Assembly (NCBI GenBank): GCA_012295275.1
Contig: CM022675.1
Coordinates: forward strand, 14,012,001-14,076,000
Length of the DNA stretch: 64,000 nucleotides
DNA from: Chrysomallon squamiferum
Lineage: Eukaryota; Animalia; Mollusca
Reading direction: 5' to 3'
The position numbers were made by a program, and so were the translations under genes. This document shows, piece after piece, positions 1-14,345 of this stretch. Position 1 is the stretch's first letter, and each line of letters begins with the position of its first letter. The notes beneath the pieces are model-generated. The model ran no database searches. It had not been told where the DNA came from and saw only the letters and a program-made list of their open reading frames with translations.

Positions 1-984
1 CCCACAGCCAAACGCATTATATATATATACATACATACTTACATAATTTAAAGTTATTTATAATTAATAGTAATTTGAGAAAAGAACGAAACAGAAGAAA
101 ATGAAAAATATAAAGAAATGAATGTTAATACGAATGGTTTTAAAATAAAACTTATCAGAGTTTATTTTCTGTATATTGTCGTGTTTTATATGGATAAATT
201 AATGCAAAAATCATCGTAGCTGCAGAATACCTATCTCTTTGGTATTAAAGCATCGAATTTCTCAATTCTTAAACACGAGAAAAGTAAGTAAATTTAAGTT
301 ATTAATTCGATATTGTGAAGAACTTTGTAAAGCACGATATTATTGTTTACTACACGTAGTTGGTGCCTTTCATCCCGCTACCCCTATATTCTTTTCGTCT
401 CTTTCTTACCCTGCAAGCAAAAATGTTTCAACAAATTTGTATAAATGGTAAAGTTCTAGCCGAACTCAAATTAATGGTTGACCTCAATTGTGACCTCAAA
501 ATAACAACAAACTTGTTTCTAAAATCATTTCAGTCACCGTTCTTATTGTTGTTGTTGTTGCTGTTGTGGTTGTTGCTATAGTTCTTATTATTATTACTAT
601 TTTTAATATTATATATTTTACTGTGCATAGTATATGTATAAATACTTATAACATAAGTTGATCATGTTCATGGTTGAGTTGTAAACAAGGAGAATTTGAG
701 ACCTGTGTAGAGAATACCAAAACATGTTGTTATACGAGTATTGAAGATAATATGACTCATGCTGCTTAGTTTTGTCTGTGAAACAGTAGGTCAGATTCTG
801 AACCATTAAAATCAAACTACACTTCATTACTATGATTGTTGTTGTTGTTGTTGTTGTTATGAACTCGAATTATATCTTTGTACACAAAACAACACAAATA
901 ATAATAATAATAAGAAGAAGAAGAAGAAGAAGAAGAGGAAAGAAAGAAAGAAAGAAAGAAAGAAATCGCGAATAAGAGAAGCGA

Positions 985-1420
985 TGTCTAAGTATAAACA
1001 CTATTGATGAACGAACAGTTTGTAAAAATATTAATATTCTTCAATTATCATATAAAATAGTTGATGGAGGAATGAACTATCCACGGAATAACTGATTATT
1101 TGGAATGAATAATTGAAATTAAAATTAATTGGTTTCGTCAAATATTGTAATTCGGGAAGACGAAAATTTTTGTTTTCAAAGTTGAATGACCCGTAATAAA
1201 ATAACAGGTTAATTACTATACTGGTACAATTATAATCCAATACAGATTTGTAATTTAAAGTGGCTAAGATGAATATTTCTTGTTACAGTTATATCCATTA
1301 GTTGATATTGTTCTTGTTTTTGTCTTTTGTTTCCTGTTGTGTTTTGTTTTCGGAATTTTTATTATTTTTAAACTATTTAATATGGAGTATATTCTCGTTA
1401 AAATTATTTTTTACAATGGT
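985..1420 (+). repeat. Dispersed repeat/segmental duplication block A (paralogs at ~10000-10390 and ~12125-12360)
   Basis: Shared strings such as 'acggaataactga..tattt', 'gaaattaattggtttcgtca', 'ttagttgat..tgttcttgttt' and 'aatatggagtat' recur at these loci. Confidence 0.7.
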
Positions 1421-1554
1421 CATGGAAGATTCACGTTAGTTTAAAATTAAAGTTATTTTTTTCATTAATGAAATGGTTTCTTAAATAATAATGGTACAAC
1501 ATTAAGTACTTGGTAATTTTTTTAGAATGAAAAGCTTATTATTAATACCCAGTT

Positions 1555-1910
1555 TTCTCTGTTCTTACATTTCAAAACTAAACAAGCTCACGGGTCAAGG
1601 TCATGCTACTTTAAGATTAGTGATCCTCACCTTCTTGAAATATTGGCATGAGTTTTGTCACGTAGACACGAATTAGCAAAGAACACACTTTACTGTTTTA
1701 CAAGTCTTTATTATTTTGGCAGGTTTAAAAATAAGCGATTAAATAGAAAGATTTTGTATATATACACACAAAATCTTTGATTTTCTTCTAATTAAATTTA
1801 TTTTTGAGAAGAGTTCATGAAAGATTCGAGTTGGTTATTGTTAAATTTCTTGTTTCCATTGAATGAAATTATTTATTAAATTACGATATTGCGATGAATT
1901 AAGGAATTAA
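1555..1910 (+). repeat. Dispersed repeat block B (paralogous pieces at ~10400-10480 and ~10550-10700)
   Basis: 'ctgttcttacatttcaaaa...aaacaagctcac.ggtcaaggtcatgctactttaagatta' and 'gaattagcaaagaacacacttta' occur at both loci. Confidence 0.75.
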
Positions 1911-2004
1911 ACCAAAGATAAACAGTACCATATCAGCTTATTATTATTCAGTATTTGTCACTGTCACGTGTTCTGTCTCTGAAGAAAGAAATAATAATTT
2001 GGAA

Positions 2005-2240
2005 GATTAAATAAATTTACTAGACAGAGTCTGTTCTTATTCACACAGACAAATTCACCTTAAAGTGGAAGAGATACAGTTATGTATACTGGTAAAACAA
2101 AACGTAAATGTATTATTATAGTCACTGCTGTATATGCGTATCAAATATTTCAAACAAAGGAGGTACTGGGCCACAGCTTGCCCACCTCGTGAACGCTCCT
2201 GGATTTACTGTCAAGACGAGGTAAATACACTGTACCCGAA
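2005..2240 (+). repeat. Dispersed repeat block C (paralog at ~13665-14020)
   Basis: 'aaataaatttactagacag.gtctg.tcttattcacacaga', 'aaagtggaagaga.acagtt' and 'aaatacactgtacccga' are shared. Confidence 0.75.
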
Positions 2241-2452
2241 ATAAACGGATTGCATAGAACGACCCACCCCATGATCACAACAGATTTGCGTTTTAATGAC
2301 GTGAATTAAGGTTATTTATAGATAACTGTAATTTTATGAAAGAAGAAAGAAACGAAATGAACGGTAATATGAAAGCTTTCAATGCTATTCATCTTTTATG
2401 TAGAAAATTATACAGGATATCAGAAAAGAAACCCAAACAGAATATATATATA

Positions 2453-2456
2453 TAGT

Positions 2457-2530
<74 letters not shown>
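2453..2530. repeat. (GATA)n microsatellite
   Basis: Perfect tagatagata run. Confidence 0.95.
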
Positions 2531-3969
2531 CATACATAAATGCGAAATGTAGAGCTGGATGGAAGGGTATAAAATAAAATTATCTTTACGAGTCAGTGTA
2601 TTTTACCAGGAACGTTTCAAGAGGCTGAACGAAGACTAAACGTAGAGTGAGAGAGAAATAAAATTAAATAATTAAATAAACAATGTCTGCCCTGACTTAA
2701 CAACTCTTAATAATAACGCTATCTGTGTGTGTGCGTGCTATTTTAAGCTATATTTAAGCTTACTAGAAGAAAAAGATATACAGCTCGCTCCTGTACACTG
2801 CTCATATCTTTTTGAGCAGGATTATAAACCACTTTGAAAAATGTGCTATAGTTGATCGTGTTTACATTGTCACCAAGCAACCAAACTAACATGATACGTG
2901 CAAACCTGTGACACGTCCTCTTACTAAAATATTACCTGGTGTGTCTATGCGGGCGATTCACAGAGCTGACAGGGTTTCGTTTTTACTTCGATTTCAAAAC
3001 GTTTTACTATACTGCTATTAGTAATTAATGTTGATTACTTATTTCATAGCATAAAATTAATCACTTCATTTTTTGTTATTTTGTTTTATTTTATTTTATT
3101 TTATTTATTTATTGTTCTTTTAACGGCGAACCCGGATTCTAACATCAGAAATCGGCTCACGATTGCGTTTTCATTTAAAAATGATATAATCAACATTTAT
3201 GAACTAATAAAATTGCTTTATAAATAAATTTATAAATAACGAAAACAAAAAATTATTTATTTTATTATTGTTTAATAAATCTTTTTTCAGTGAATAATAA
3301 AGAGTCGAAATATATCTTTCTATAATCAGAAATATAATGATATTAATAATACTAATACTACTAATAATAAAAAGCAGGATCATATACGTATATGTTATTC
3401 AGTTATCTCATAAACCAATCAATGGAGGAATAAATATCTACCGAATGTAAAAATAAAAATACAAAATGAAAATTAATTGGTTGTGTCAAATATTAATGCT
3501 GTTGTAAATTAGTCTCTTGATGAAGTTACAAAAGTGTAGAATAGTTATGAATTGCAATTGAAAATGCTTTCAGTATAAAACAGTTTCAAATTTAGGACAG
3601 ATTTGTGATATAAATTTATTACTTTTATTTATTTATTTATTTATTACTATTATTTTTTTCTGATCGTTTAATATAGAATTTGTTCTCATTAATATTATTG
3701 TTGACAAGCTCATGAAACATTCGCATTATTAGACATCTTGAGACAACAACCAATTTTTTTTTTTTTTTTTGTAATGATAAATAATACAAAAATTAAATGT
3801 GGTTAACTGTTTTCTTTTTCAACTCACCGCTCTGGATAGTAACACCTTCACGCGTGTTGATTTTGTTGTCACTATAGATCTTTACGTTTTTAAATGAAAA
3901 CTGTTTTAAGACCTAAACTAACAGTTAAATATCAAAGAAGTAACTGAGCAATAAGTATGTATGCATGTA

Positions 3970-4180
3970 GTTTAGGGTTTTTAATATTATCTGTCTTATG
4001 TACGTTTGAATAGACTCTGTACATAGACAATATTCGGGAACGCACTGGCGCAGAAGGACAAAGTCAAATCACGACCTCACAAACGCGTCAGACGCCGCTG
4101 ACGAAACTTGAACGTATGGCAACCATTTGCCCGCACTAACAAGGCGGACGATGTTACAGTTCGGCTACCGAGACCCCCTA
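3970..4180 (-). mobile_element. tRNA-derived SINE-like element, copy 1
   Basis: The reverse strand starts GGGGGTCTCGGTAGCCGAACTGTAAC (A-box-like tRNA head), followed by a degenerate B box. Body is highly similar to 4300-4470. Confidence 0.55.
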
Positions 4181-4299
4181 AACAAAATTGCTCAATAGCC
4201 GAGGTAATCATCCATGCCCACTAAGCACGCCGTTCTTTGTCTTTCGTCATTTTTGCATACATCTTTTTTTTGTGGGAAACCTGGCAGTGGCAAATATCT

Positions 4300-4470
4300 G
4301 TTTTAGGATTTTTAATATTCTGTCTTATGTACGTCTGAATAGACTCTGCACATAGACACTATTCGGGGACGCACTGGCGCAGGAGGACAAAGTTCAATCA
4401 CGACCTCACAAACCCTGGCGAGACTCGAACCAATGGCACCCATTCACCCGTACGCCGAGGCGAATGATGT
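4300..4470 (-). mobile_element. tRNA-derived SINE-like element, copy 2 (head truncated next to the LINE 3' end)
   Basis: The reverse strand contains GGTTCGAGTCTCGCC (B-box-like). Homologous to copy 1, with homology ending at 'gatgtt' where the T-rich tail of the LINE begins. Confidence 0.55.
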
Positions 4471-4479
4471 TTTTTTAAT

Positions 4480-7400
4480 TTTGTTTATATTTTGTTTATA
4501 TATATTTTTTTATTATCTTTATTGATATAATCAATAGTTGTACATAAATAAAAATAACATTAAAACAATAAATAATAACAATAAAAAATAGGCATGCACT
4601 CACACACTTACTCACACTCACACGCACACATACTTATTTACTCAGAACTTTCAGATATATTAATACGTATTCTACAGTAAAAAAAATAAAAATATTTTAT
4701 TCATTTTTATGATAGAGTGATATTTGTTATTTACAGTAAAGGATATTTTGTCATCTTTTAATTTAGAAAAACATTATTCTTAATATATTTGTTAATAAAA
4801 TTGAAAGTTTGTTTTACAGATTTCAAAGCACTAATAGACATAATTTCTAAAAAAAAGTGTTTTATTAATGTTTGTTCCTTTCAGTTGAGCTATCACACAC
4901 CTCTTGAACACTGATATTCTATAAATTGAAAGAACAATATTAATAAATTTTATTGAACAATTTTCAATTCTTCGATAACATCCATATATTAATAGCCTTT
5001 TTTGATTGACCTAACGAAAACCCTGTTTTCTTAAATATTTGAATACATATTTCATGACAGATAGATATTAATTCCGACAATTTTTCACAATACAAAAATA
5101 AACGACACAAATCTTCACCATTCTTCAAACACACTGGACATATACTAGATGAGATTTTTCCATGTCTACATAATTTACTATATGTATATATTACATGATG
5201 AGCTGTTCTATAAATTCAATAAATTTATCACTGTAGGGTATCCATTACCAAACTGGTTTCCAGAATATATTAACACCAAGCTCAGTCCTTTTTCCTTCAC
5301 AAATAGGGGATTTAAAATTTTTGAAATTAAAATAGAATAAATTATTTTAATTCTAAATGTACTGACATTTATCGTTTCATTATTATGAAAGAGAAATAAA
5401 TCTTTATTAGATGTTAATCTTTTAGCATTTCTTATAATATAACTTTTCCATTCATATGGAAGTGATTTCAGAATAACATTGTAAGCAATATAAATATCAA
5501 CTAATTTGACCATACCACTTTGAATAAAAGAACTAAATGGTAATAATTTGTTTTATATTTAATGAATGGATTCTGAAAAAGTGGTTGAGACAATATTTCG
5601 TCTGGATCACGTAGGCATATACGTTCCCAGTTATTTACATAGTCCCAAGCTGATAACATTTCAGCATAAAAAGATTTGATATCATTTAAAGCGTCTTTAC
5701 TGTAAACTATCTTAAAAATGTCGTAATTTAAATTCATTTTCATATATTTTCCAAGAAACACTGACTTTGTTTATTTCAAAACATTTAAAAAATTATTATC
5801 AAAATATTTTTTTAACATTTTAATAGGAAAAGGTATTTTCTTTAATGAAACATCTTGAATATTTAGCCCACCCGACATTTTATTTCCAATTATTGTTGAA
5901 TATTTTATTAAAGGTGTTTTTCCTTCCCACATAAATTCACAAAATATCTTGTGAATTTCATTTTCTACCCAATTAGGTACATTTATGGTGCTAATGATAT
6001 ACCACAGTCTAGATGTTAATACAGTATTCCATACTTCTGCTTTTCCTTGTAATGTAAATTTCCTTTGACTCCATAAATTAACTAAATTACAAATTTTATC
6101 TATTTTATTTTTCCAGTTCAACCTTTCACCTTTTTTAACATATATACCTAGAATTTTAACACACAGTTTATTTATCGATATCGAAATGTTAAAAGATATA
6201 TTTTCTTTCATGGTCTTACCAAGTACTTCTGACTTATCTATACTGACTTTTGCCCCTGTAGCTCTACAATACATATTTATTGTATTAAAAACAGATTCTA
6301 CTGACTGAGCATCGCAGACAGTTACTGTAGTATTATCTGCATGCTGAAATAATAAATAATTAAATTCATTTGTTATTCTAATTCCATTCATGCTATGTCT
6401 TTTTTTAATTAAATTATTTAAGGCTTCAGATACAATAACACAAAGCATCATTGATATTGGACATCCTTGTCTAACACCTCTTGTAATATTAGAGAAATGT
6501 GTTAAATGTCCATTCATTTTAACACAACTTTTTATATCATTATATAGTATATTAATCCACATTATAAAATTATCACCTAAATTGAATTTTTTCAGACTTT
6601 TAAAATAAAACTATGTGACAATATCAAAAGCTTTTTCTTGATCAATTTTAGCAATATACCTTTCAATATTATTTAACTCGACAATATCTATAACATCTCA
6701 TATTGACATAATATTATCAGCAGTATCTCTTCCTTTTGCACAACAGCATTGTTCTGATGAAATAATAGTTGACATAACCTGTTTAAGATGATTTGCAAGA
6801 ACTTTAGAAATAATTTTATAAGCTGAAATTTTGTAGGTCTGCTTTATTTCCTTTCTTCTTGTACAAAGGACTAATTAACCCTTTTTTCATACTACGCAAC
6901 AACATTTCTTCTTTTTGAATTGACATAACTACTTTATGAAACAAAATTTTCAAATTTTCCCAGAATTTAACATAAAATTCAACAGTTAGACCATCCATAC
7001 CAGGTTATTTATTTTATTCATTTCTTTTAAAGCATTCATTAATTCTTTAATTGTAATGTCTTTTTCACAGTTTTCAATTTCAGATTCCTTTATTTTATTT
7101 GATATTAAATTTATTATTTCTTCCTGTTTAATAATATCTACATTTTCTTGTTAAATAATTTAGAATAAAAGTCATAAGCATATTCTAATATGTCTTATGT
7201 TTTTCTAGTTAATCAATTTACTGTTTTTAGTTCTTTAATAGAATTTGATTACTGTTTTGATTTTTTTAAACTGAGAAAAACGATGTATTTCTAACCATAA
7301 CTAGATTCCACTGAACTTTAGATCTTAAAATAGCACCATTACACTTTGATCTCTCAATTAATTTTACTTTTTTTTCTAAAATGTGTATGTTACTCAAATC

Positions 7401-7740
7401 ATGATGTTTATTTACAGCTAGTTTATTCTCGTTTTAAAGCATCTTGTATATCATAAAATTTCGTTGTCAAATTTTCTCTTATTTATTGCAAAATATCTTG
7501 CACAGGTTTTCATTTTATATTTTAAGCTATCCCACCAAACAGTAGGTTGAGTCTGTAACAAAGGACACTTAAATGCACTATTAATTACTTCAACCATAGC
7601 TTTACAGAAAAGTTAATCTTTCAACAAACCAAATACCTTGACCTCTTTCGAAACGAGAAGAATCTATTTCATGCGATAAAAGATTGTAATCACTAACCGA
7701 GGTATAGGATATGTATGCATTACTTATAAACTGTTCGGTG
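4480..7740 (-). mobile_element. 5'-truncated, degenerate non-LTR retrotransposon ORF2 (Tx1/L1-like reverse transcriptase)
   Basis: Minus-strand ORF fragments contain PGMDGLTVEFY..FW, GVRQGCPISM, QHADN (YADD equivalent), KILGIY and FMWEGK...GGLNI. There is a C-terminal Cys-rich remnant near 5080-5140 and an A-rich tail on the minus strand near 4480-4520. Many frameshifts and stops. Confidence 0.9.
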
Positions 7741-7848
7741 TTTATAGATTGATTTTCCGTCTGTTTTCCTTCATTCTTTTAGTGTGACTGTCATTTTCTA
7801 AAATAGAGTCCTCGCAAACACGTCCGCACAAACACACACATATAAATA

Positions 7849-7879
<31 letters not shown>

Positions 7880-7988
7880 ATGAATAAATACATATATTTA
7901 TATGTATGTGTATTTGTATGTGTGTATGCATGTATGTGTATATATGTATGTTTAAATATCAAACGAAATATGAAAATAAACGGAAGTC

Positions 7989-8025
<37 letters not shown>

Positions 8026-8317
8026 AAGTCCAGATCAAGGACTGATGGATTTATTTTCTGTATGTTTGCAGTTTAGTGTTTAACATTCAGAACATTAAGC
8101 TAAAACTCGTCTCAGCTTCAATATGCCGAACTGTCAGTGTCCATAGTCAAAGGACAGTTGCTGATGTACATAATGTTAAAGTTCTGTTACAAGCAATAAA
8201 AACAATCAACATGGTTACAGAACGAACTGTACCAAGAGGAACATGGTGCATATTAGTAGGCTAACATTCTTCATGTTGTATGCAGAAATATAGAATCTTA
8301 AATAAATAAGTACCTCT

Positions 8318-8332
8318 GTGTGTGTGTGTGTG

Positions 8333-8407
<75 letters not shown>

Positions 8408-8423
8408 ATATATGTATATATAC

Positions 8424-8506
<83 letters not shown>

Positions 8507-8520
8507 CATAAATACATACA
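8318..8520. repeat. (TG)n/(TA)n/(TACA)n compound microsatellite
   Basis: Direct reading. Confidence 0.95.
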
Positions 8521-9081
8521 TTAAGGGTCGTCATTCACTACCAGTCTACTTTAAAAAATAAATAAAATAAAATAAATAAATACATAAATTTGTACATAAA
8601 CATATATGGTGGTGATGATGATGATGATGATAATAATAATAATGATAACCAAACTCCCTTTATTACAGAGATAATAGAACATTCCACATTTGTGACGTGT
8701 CGTCTTGCCAAAAAATTACCTGATGTATCCAAGCGGATGTCTGACAGATCGAGCAGACGGCACATAACTTGTTAGTCTACGAGACTGGAGTTTTACTTCC
8801 ATTTATACTGCAGGTAAGCAATATTTACACTATACTGTTCTGAGTAGTCACTGTTGATTGTTTATTTATTTCACAGTAAACCGAGTTATCAAGTATCTTT
8901 GGAACCTCGGACACTAGCACCCAAAAACTCGACTTTCATTCGTGTTTTTCTTTTTAAAAAAAACGATTACGAAGCAATACACTAAAGAACCAGGACAAAA
9001 TATCATTTTATTTAAAAAAAAAATAAAAAATAATATTTGTTACTCGGTTTAGCTAAATAAAAAAAAATAAAAATAAAAAAA

Positions 9082-9112
<31 letters not shown>

Positions 9113-9554
9113 GATTATTTATTTATTTATTAGATAGAATTTTATCTTTTTATAAGAACCCCCCACCAATAATGGATGCGCTAAGTGTAACCACTGTTAA
9201 TGAAAGGGCAGTTTGTAAAAATAATGATGAATATAGCATGGACCAATGATTTTTTATTTTTTTAAAATTAAAATAGGAAACTCATTTTTTGCATACGTAA
9301 TATTACATGTTTTAGAAATTGAATGCTTTCTGTTTTCACGAAAAAGAGTGAACATTTTATTTTTAATACATTTTTTTATAAGGCCGGTTAATTTGTTTTT
9401 TCAATTTTCTGTTGTAAAACTGATTCAAGCGTTATAATGAATGTATCGAGACAATCACTCAAATAACATGTGATCAGTTTGGTTTTTACATGGAAATACG
9501 ACCTCTGTTAATTGAAAATGGAACTAAATATATTAAAAAAAAGTTTGTAAACAC

Positions 9555-9690
9555 TAATCGGCGTTCGACGCTGCCATCTTGGATTTCGATCGGAAGTTTC
9601 CATTAGTTCACGGAAATGTTTAAACTTCCAAATTAAATTTTTTGCGTCCATTTTTCAGAACTTTTTATGATTTACACTGATACAGGTAAG
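9555..9690 (+). promoter_or_regulatory. Candidate core promoter / first exon (YY1-like GCCATCTTG, ETS-like CGGAAGT, donor CAG|GTAAG)
   Basis: Local CpG cluster in AT-rich DNA with motif matches, and a donor-like site at ~9685. Confidence 0.3.
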
Positions 9691-10881
9691 GGTGGTTATT
9701 CATATTACCAAGCCATTGTGTAACACGCCTTTTCAAACTACTTTTTCAACTTAATCAAACTTTTCAAACTGGATTACTTTTGTGTAAATGCGTGCATAAT
9801 AAATTGAAATTATAATTCTGAATAAGATTAATATATTAAGTTTTGTAGGTGTCAATGTTTCCCCTGTCAGATCCCAGCAGAAAAGAACATTTAGGGGTTA
9901 TTTGTACCCATTAAATCGGCGAAATTTCTTGAGGCTTTTTTCCGCGACGTAATTTGTGCCGTTACGAGTTATCGTTCCTGTTGGTCCATGCTAATGATTA
10001 GTATGTTCAGAAATAGTCGAAGCAGGAATAAAATGTCTACAGATTAACTGATTATTTAAAAATACCAAACTGAAATTAACTGATATCGATAGAATTCAGT
10101 CTACTCGGGAAGATGCAAAAAATGCAGAATAATTATGATAACCCATTGGTTAACACTATTTTTAAAGTTTAGTCAACGTTAATAAGGTTGTAGGTTGATT
10201 TCTATATACTCATTTAGTATCATTATAATCTATTACTGAGCTGTAATTTAAAAGAGCTAAAATTGATATTCCTTATTACAATTATATTTATTAGTTGATT
10301 TTGTTCTTGTTTTTCTATTTTGTTTTGTTTTGTTTCTGGAATGTGTTTCTTTAACTGTTTAATATGGAGTATCTTCTCTTTGAAGTCATTTTATTTTAAA
10401 ATTCGAGTTGTTTTATTTTTAAATTTCTTGTTTTCTTTATATCAAATTATTCATTAAATTACATTACTGCGATGAATAAAGAAATAATATGATATCAGCT
10501 GATTTGGTAATTGTTTGAGAATGAAAACTTCATTATTAATAGTGAGTTTTATCTGTTCTTACATTTCAAAAATAAACAAGCTCACTGGTCAAGGTCATGC
10601 TACTTTAAGATTAATCATCGTCACATGATCAAATCATTTTGTAGACAAGAATTAGCAAAGAACACACTTTATTTTTATACAAGTGTTTACTATTTTTGGC
10701 CCAGTTTTGAAAATGAATGTTTTAATTAACAGTTTTTGGACTGAACTGCGATTGTGATTGTTCCATTTTTATTTTTTTAAATAATTTATTATATGTATAT
10801 ATTATTGTCACATTTACATATTTCAAAAATGATATCGTATTATTGGTGTTCCGAACATGATAATAATGATAAAAACAATAA

Positions 10882-10936
<55 letters not shown>
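10882..10936. repeat. (TAG)n microsatellite
   Basis: Direct reading. Confidence 0.95.
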
Positions 10937-10937
<1 letters not shown>

Positions 10938-12369
10938 ATAAAGGATATATTTTTAATGCATGAAATTGATTTTTCCTTTGTTCCAGTGTTAAACAATAAT
11001 AATTGTTTGTACGTTGTAAAGTTTTCTACATCGGACTCTTTTAATTCATCAGATTTAAAATAAATAAACACAGCGATAAACAGATAAAACCAAATAGTGT
11101 TTGTGTGTTGACAATCTGTATCTATTTATTATTATTATTATCGTTTTATTTCACTTATATTCTTTTTCTTTCTGTACCTCTTTGTTTTCAGTCTGCATTT
11201 TATAAGTACATGCATTTTAATGTCTATATAGTTACATATGATCCAGTAAACTTGATAGAGAGGGAGAAAATCGAAATCACAATTTACAAAGACAACGCAA
11301 TTGCATCCGTTTTGTTTGAGTACAGGGTCAAGCTATTTATGTACATGTATGTAGAATTCTGATTTGACTAAGACAACAAAAACTACAACAAAATAAATAA
11401 ATAAATACAAAATATAGATAAAATAGCAAATGTGTGAAACTAAATTCATCAGAACAATTTTAAAACTTCAAAGACATTTAGATTCTCAAGACATCTTTAG
11501 GTGTTTTCTTCAGTCTATTGTTGTAAAGTCTGTTTCTACACAGATCAGCCAAATCTTCTCTCAATTGATACCCTAGAAGCTTTTACTTTTTATGTATATG
11601 TATCTATTTATCTATCTATGTATATGTATGTACGTACGTATGCATGTATGCATGTATGGATGCATGCATGCATCCATGTATGTATGTATCTATACATCTA
11701 TCTATCTATTCTATCTAATTGCATACATTCATTTTGTTTCAAGAAACTGTTATTATTTAGTTCTGTGTATAATACTTTATAGATACTTCGATCACACGTT
11801 TATGGTGTTCACTGTTCAGTTGTTAACAAAGCCAATTTTAAACCTGTGTAGTTACACTTATTGCTAGAAAATAGAAAAAGAAAATGTCGTTTCACGGGTT
11901 TTGAATATAATATCACCAGTGCTACCTAGTTTCGTGCGTCAACAGTAAGTCAAAGTTTAATGTCAAACGACATTTCATTATTTCCGTTGTTGTTATTATT
12001 ATTATTAAATCGAATTATATCTCTGTATATACACCAACAACAGCAATAACAACAACAACAACAACAACAACAACAACTACAATAATAATAATAATAATAA
12101 TAATAATAAAGCACCTATAATAAAAACGGTGTCTGAGTGTAATCACTGTTGATGTAAGCATAATAATATAAACTTCTTTTTCAATTATCTTATGAAATAC
12201 TCGATTGAGGAGTAAAATGTCTACGGAATAACTGAGTATTTGAAAATAGAAAACTGAAATTAATTGGTTTCGTCAAGTATTGATGGTGATATAATTCAGT
12301 CTATGCGGGAAGTTGCAAAACATGTAGTCTAATTATTATAAACCATTGGCCGTAACTAGATTCTTTTTG

Positions 12370-12370
12370 C

Positions 12371-12423
<53 letters not shown>

Positions 12424-12490
12424 ACACAATAATAATAATAATAATAATAGTAGTAGTAGTAGTAGTAGTAGCAGCAGCAGCAGCAGTAGT
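12370..12490. repeat. Compound (CAA)n(TAA)n(TAG)n(CAG)n microsatellite
   Basis: Direct reading. Confidence 0.95.
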
Positions 12491-13845
12491 ATATGCATTA
12501 ATGTAACATTGTCCATATCTGATACTTTCAACACCTGCAATAACACACTTTAATTACCGACGTATAGTGAAAGAAAAACACATTAAATACTCACTTAGTC
12601 ACACGTACATTAAAACGACCACTAACATTTTACTCTACAACAAAATACGTTAAAATTATCGCAGACGCAGCCAAAGCAATCGCAGAAAATATTGTCATTA
12701 ATCTTGATGAAGAAAGTTTTGTTTATCAATTGAAATTGTCAATAGCTAAAGGAAATGTAAACAACTCCGTTTTGAAAAGATTCATGTCGTGTATCTTCTA
12801 ATTATCAGTTTTCCAGTGTTTGAGAGTGTGTGGTTTATGTTGTATATAGTGTGCAACAAAGAAAACAAGCTTTAGTGTGTGTGTGTGTGTGTGTGTGTGT
12901 ACGGTTACACACACAGACAAATATTATTAAGAGCATGCTTTTAGCCATGACATAAAATAGTAAATTTAAAATAACTGACCTTCAGTGGCTAGCTTAAGTA
13001 ATGATCTTCTTTACTGGAACTAAATCATTATATAAAATAAGATAACAACAAAGACAAACAGTCAAAACAAATTAGTTAACGGAAGCTAAAAATAAGGACA
13101 AAAAATACAGAGGAAAGAATAATTAGTATGTGTTATCAAAGGTCTTTTGTTTGTTTCATTTCTTTTAAATAATGTGAAGTGCATTTCGTGTTTTCTGGAA
13201 TATTCCTGAAGAATGATTACCCGTATTTTCAGATTTAGTAATATTCTATATTTAGAAATGCTTCTACACAACAAGTAATCGCACTATAATCCAATAAAGA
13301 AGTTTTTGATTTTAAAGTAGTTAATTTAAAAGGACATTTGATTTTTAGAGTAATAAAATTCTATAAAAAACATAAAATAACAACATCGAATTCGATTTTT
13401 TGTTTCAGTAGCGAGTTTGAAGAAAGTCGCTGATGTAGATATTACAGTTCAGAAACACTAATCACTTAGACATTTTATTTCCCGGAATATTTATGATTCT
13501 TCGAATCAATTGTACACAAAATAAAATGTTCTACATTCCGGGACAACTCCACTCTGTAGAAAATTAAAGTGATTATTATAATCAAATATCAAATATTTTA
13601 CTTAACACTGGCACATATGTGTAATGTTTGGTTGCTCTAAACAAAGAAATAATAACTTGGATGGATAAATAAATTTACTAGACAGTGTCTGCTCTTATTC
13701 ACACAGATAGGTTCAGTTTAAAGTGGAAGAGACACAGTTGTGCATACTGGTAAAACAAAAAGTAAGTGTATTATTATACTCACTGTTAAAATTATATGCG
13801 TATCAAATATTTTATCTGAAACTGGCACATAATTTAACTGAAGAA

Positions 13846-13892
<47 letters not shown>

Positions 13893-14254
13893 CAAAAGAA
13901 GAAAAAAAAGCAAGAAGAAAGAAAGATTGAAATGAAGGAGATCCTAGGCCACGGCTTTCCCATCCCGTGGACGCTACTGGACTTACTGTCACGAAAACGA
14001 GGTTAAATACACTGTACCCGAGTAAAGACTTAGGATATTTTATTTGATAAACTGAAAGTTAAAGAAGAACTAATTAAATTTCTCTTCGAAACTCAAAGAA
14101 TAAAAATGTTAATTGTTCAATCCACTGAAAAAAATTTCCAAGTTGGTTTATCTGAAGTCAGAGTTCAGGAATCATTTTATGTCGTCAATATATTTTTAAA
14201 GGAAAGGCTGACAGATCCCAGACTATTTACCCTTGATTGACGAGCGAGCGAATA

Positions 14255-14345
14255 ATGTTACGTCAGTCTTCAGCAAAATAATGAAAAGACTTTCCTTTAA
14301 ATGGAGAATTTCATATGAGACGAGACCGAACGAAATGGAAACCGT
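14255..14345 (+). promoter_or_regulatory. Candidate immune-inducible promoter cluster (CRE-like, two kB-like, ISRE/IRF-like)
   Basis: TTACGTCA at 14258-14265, AAGACTTTCC at 14286-14295, GGAGAATTTC at 14303-14312 and GAAATGGAAAC at 14332-14342, all within 90 bp and upstream of the exon array. Confidence 0.35.

Noticed and set aside
4090-4180. Functional tRNA gene
   Set aside because: Degenerate B box, no convincing cloverleaf, and it is attached to a repeated non-tRNA body; better explained as a SINE head.
8215-8561. YIYIYI ORFs, and likewise poly-L/T/V ORFs at 10823-11071 and 12301-12546
   Set aside because: Microsatellite translations.
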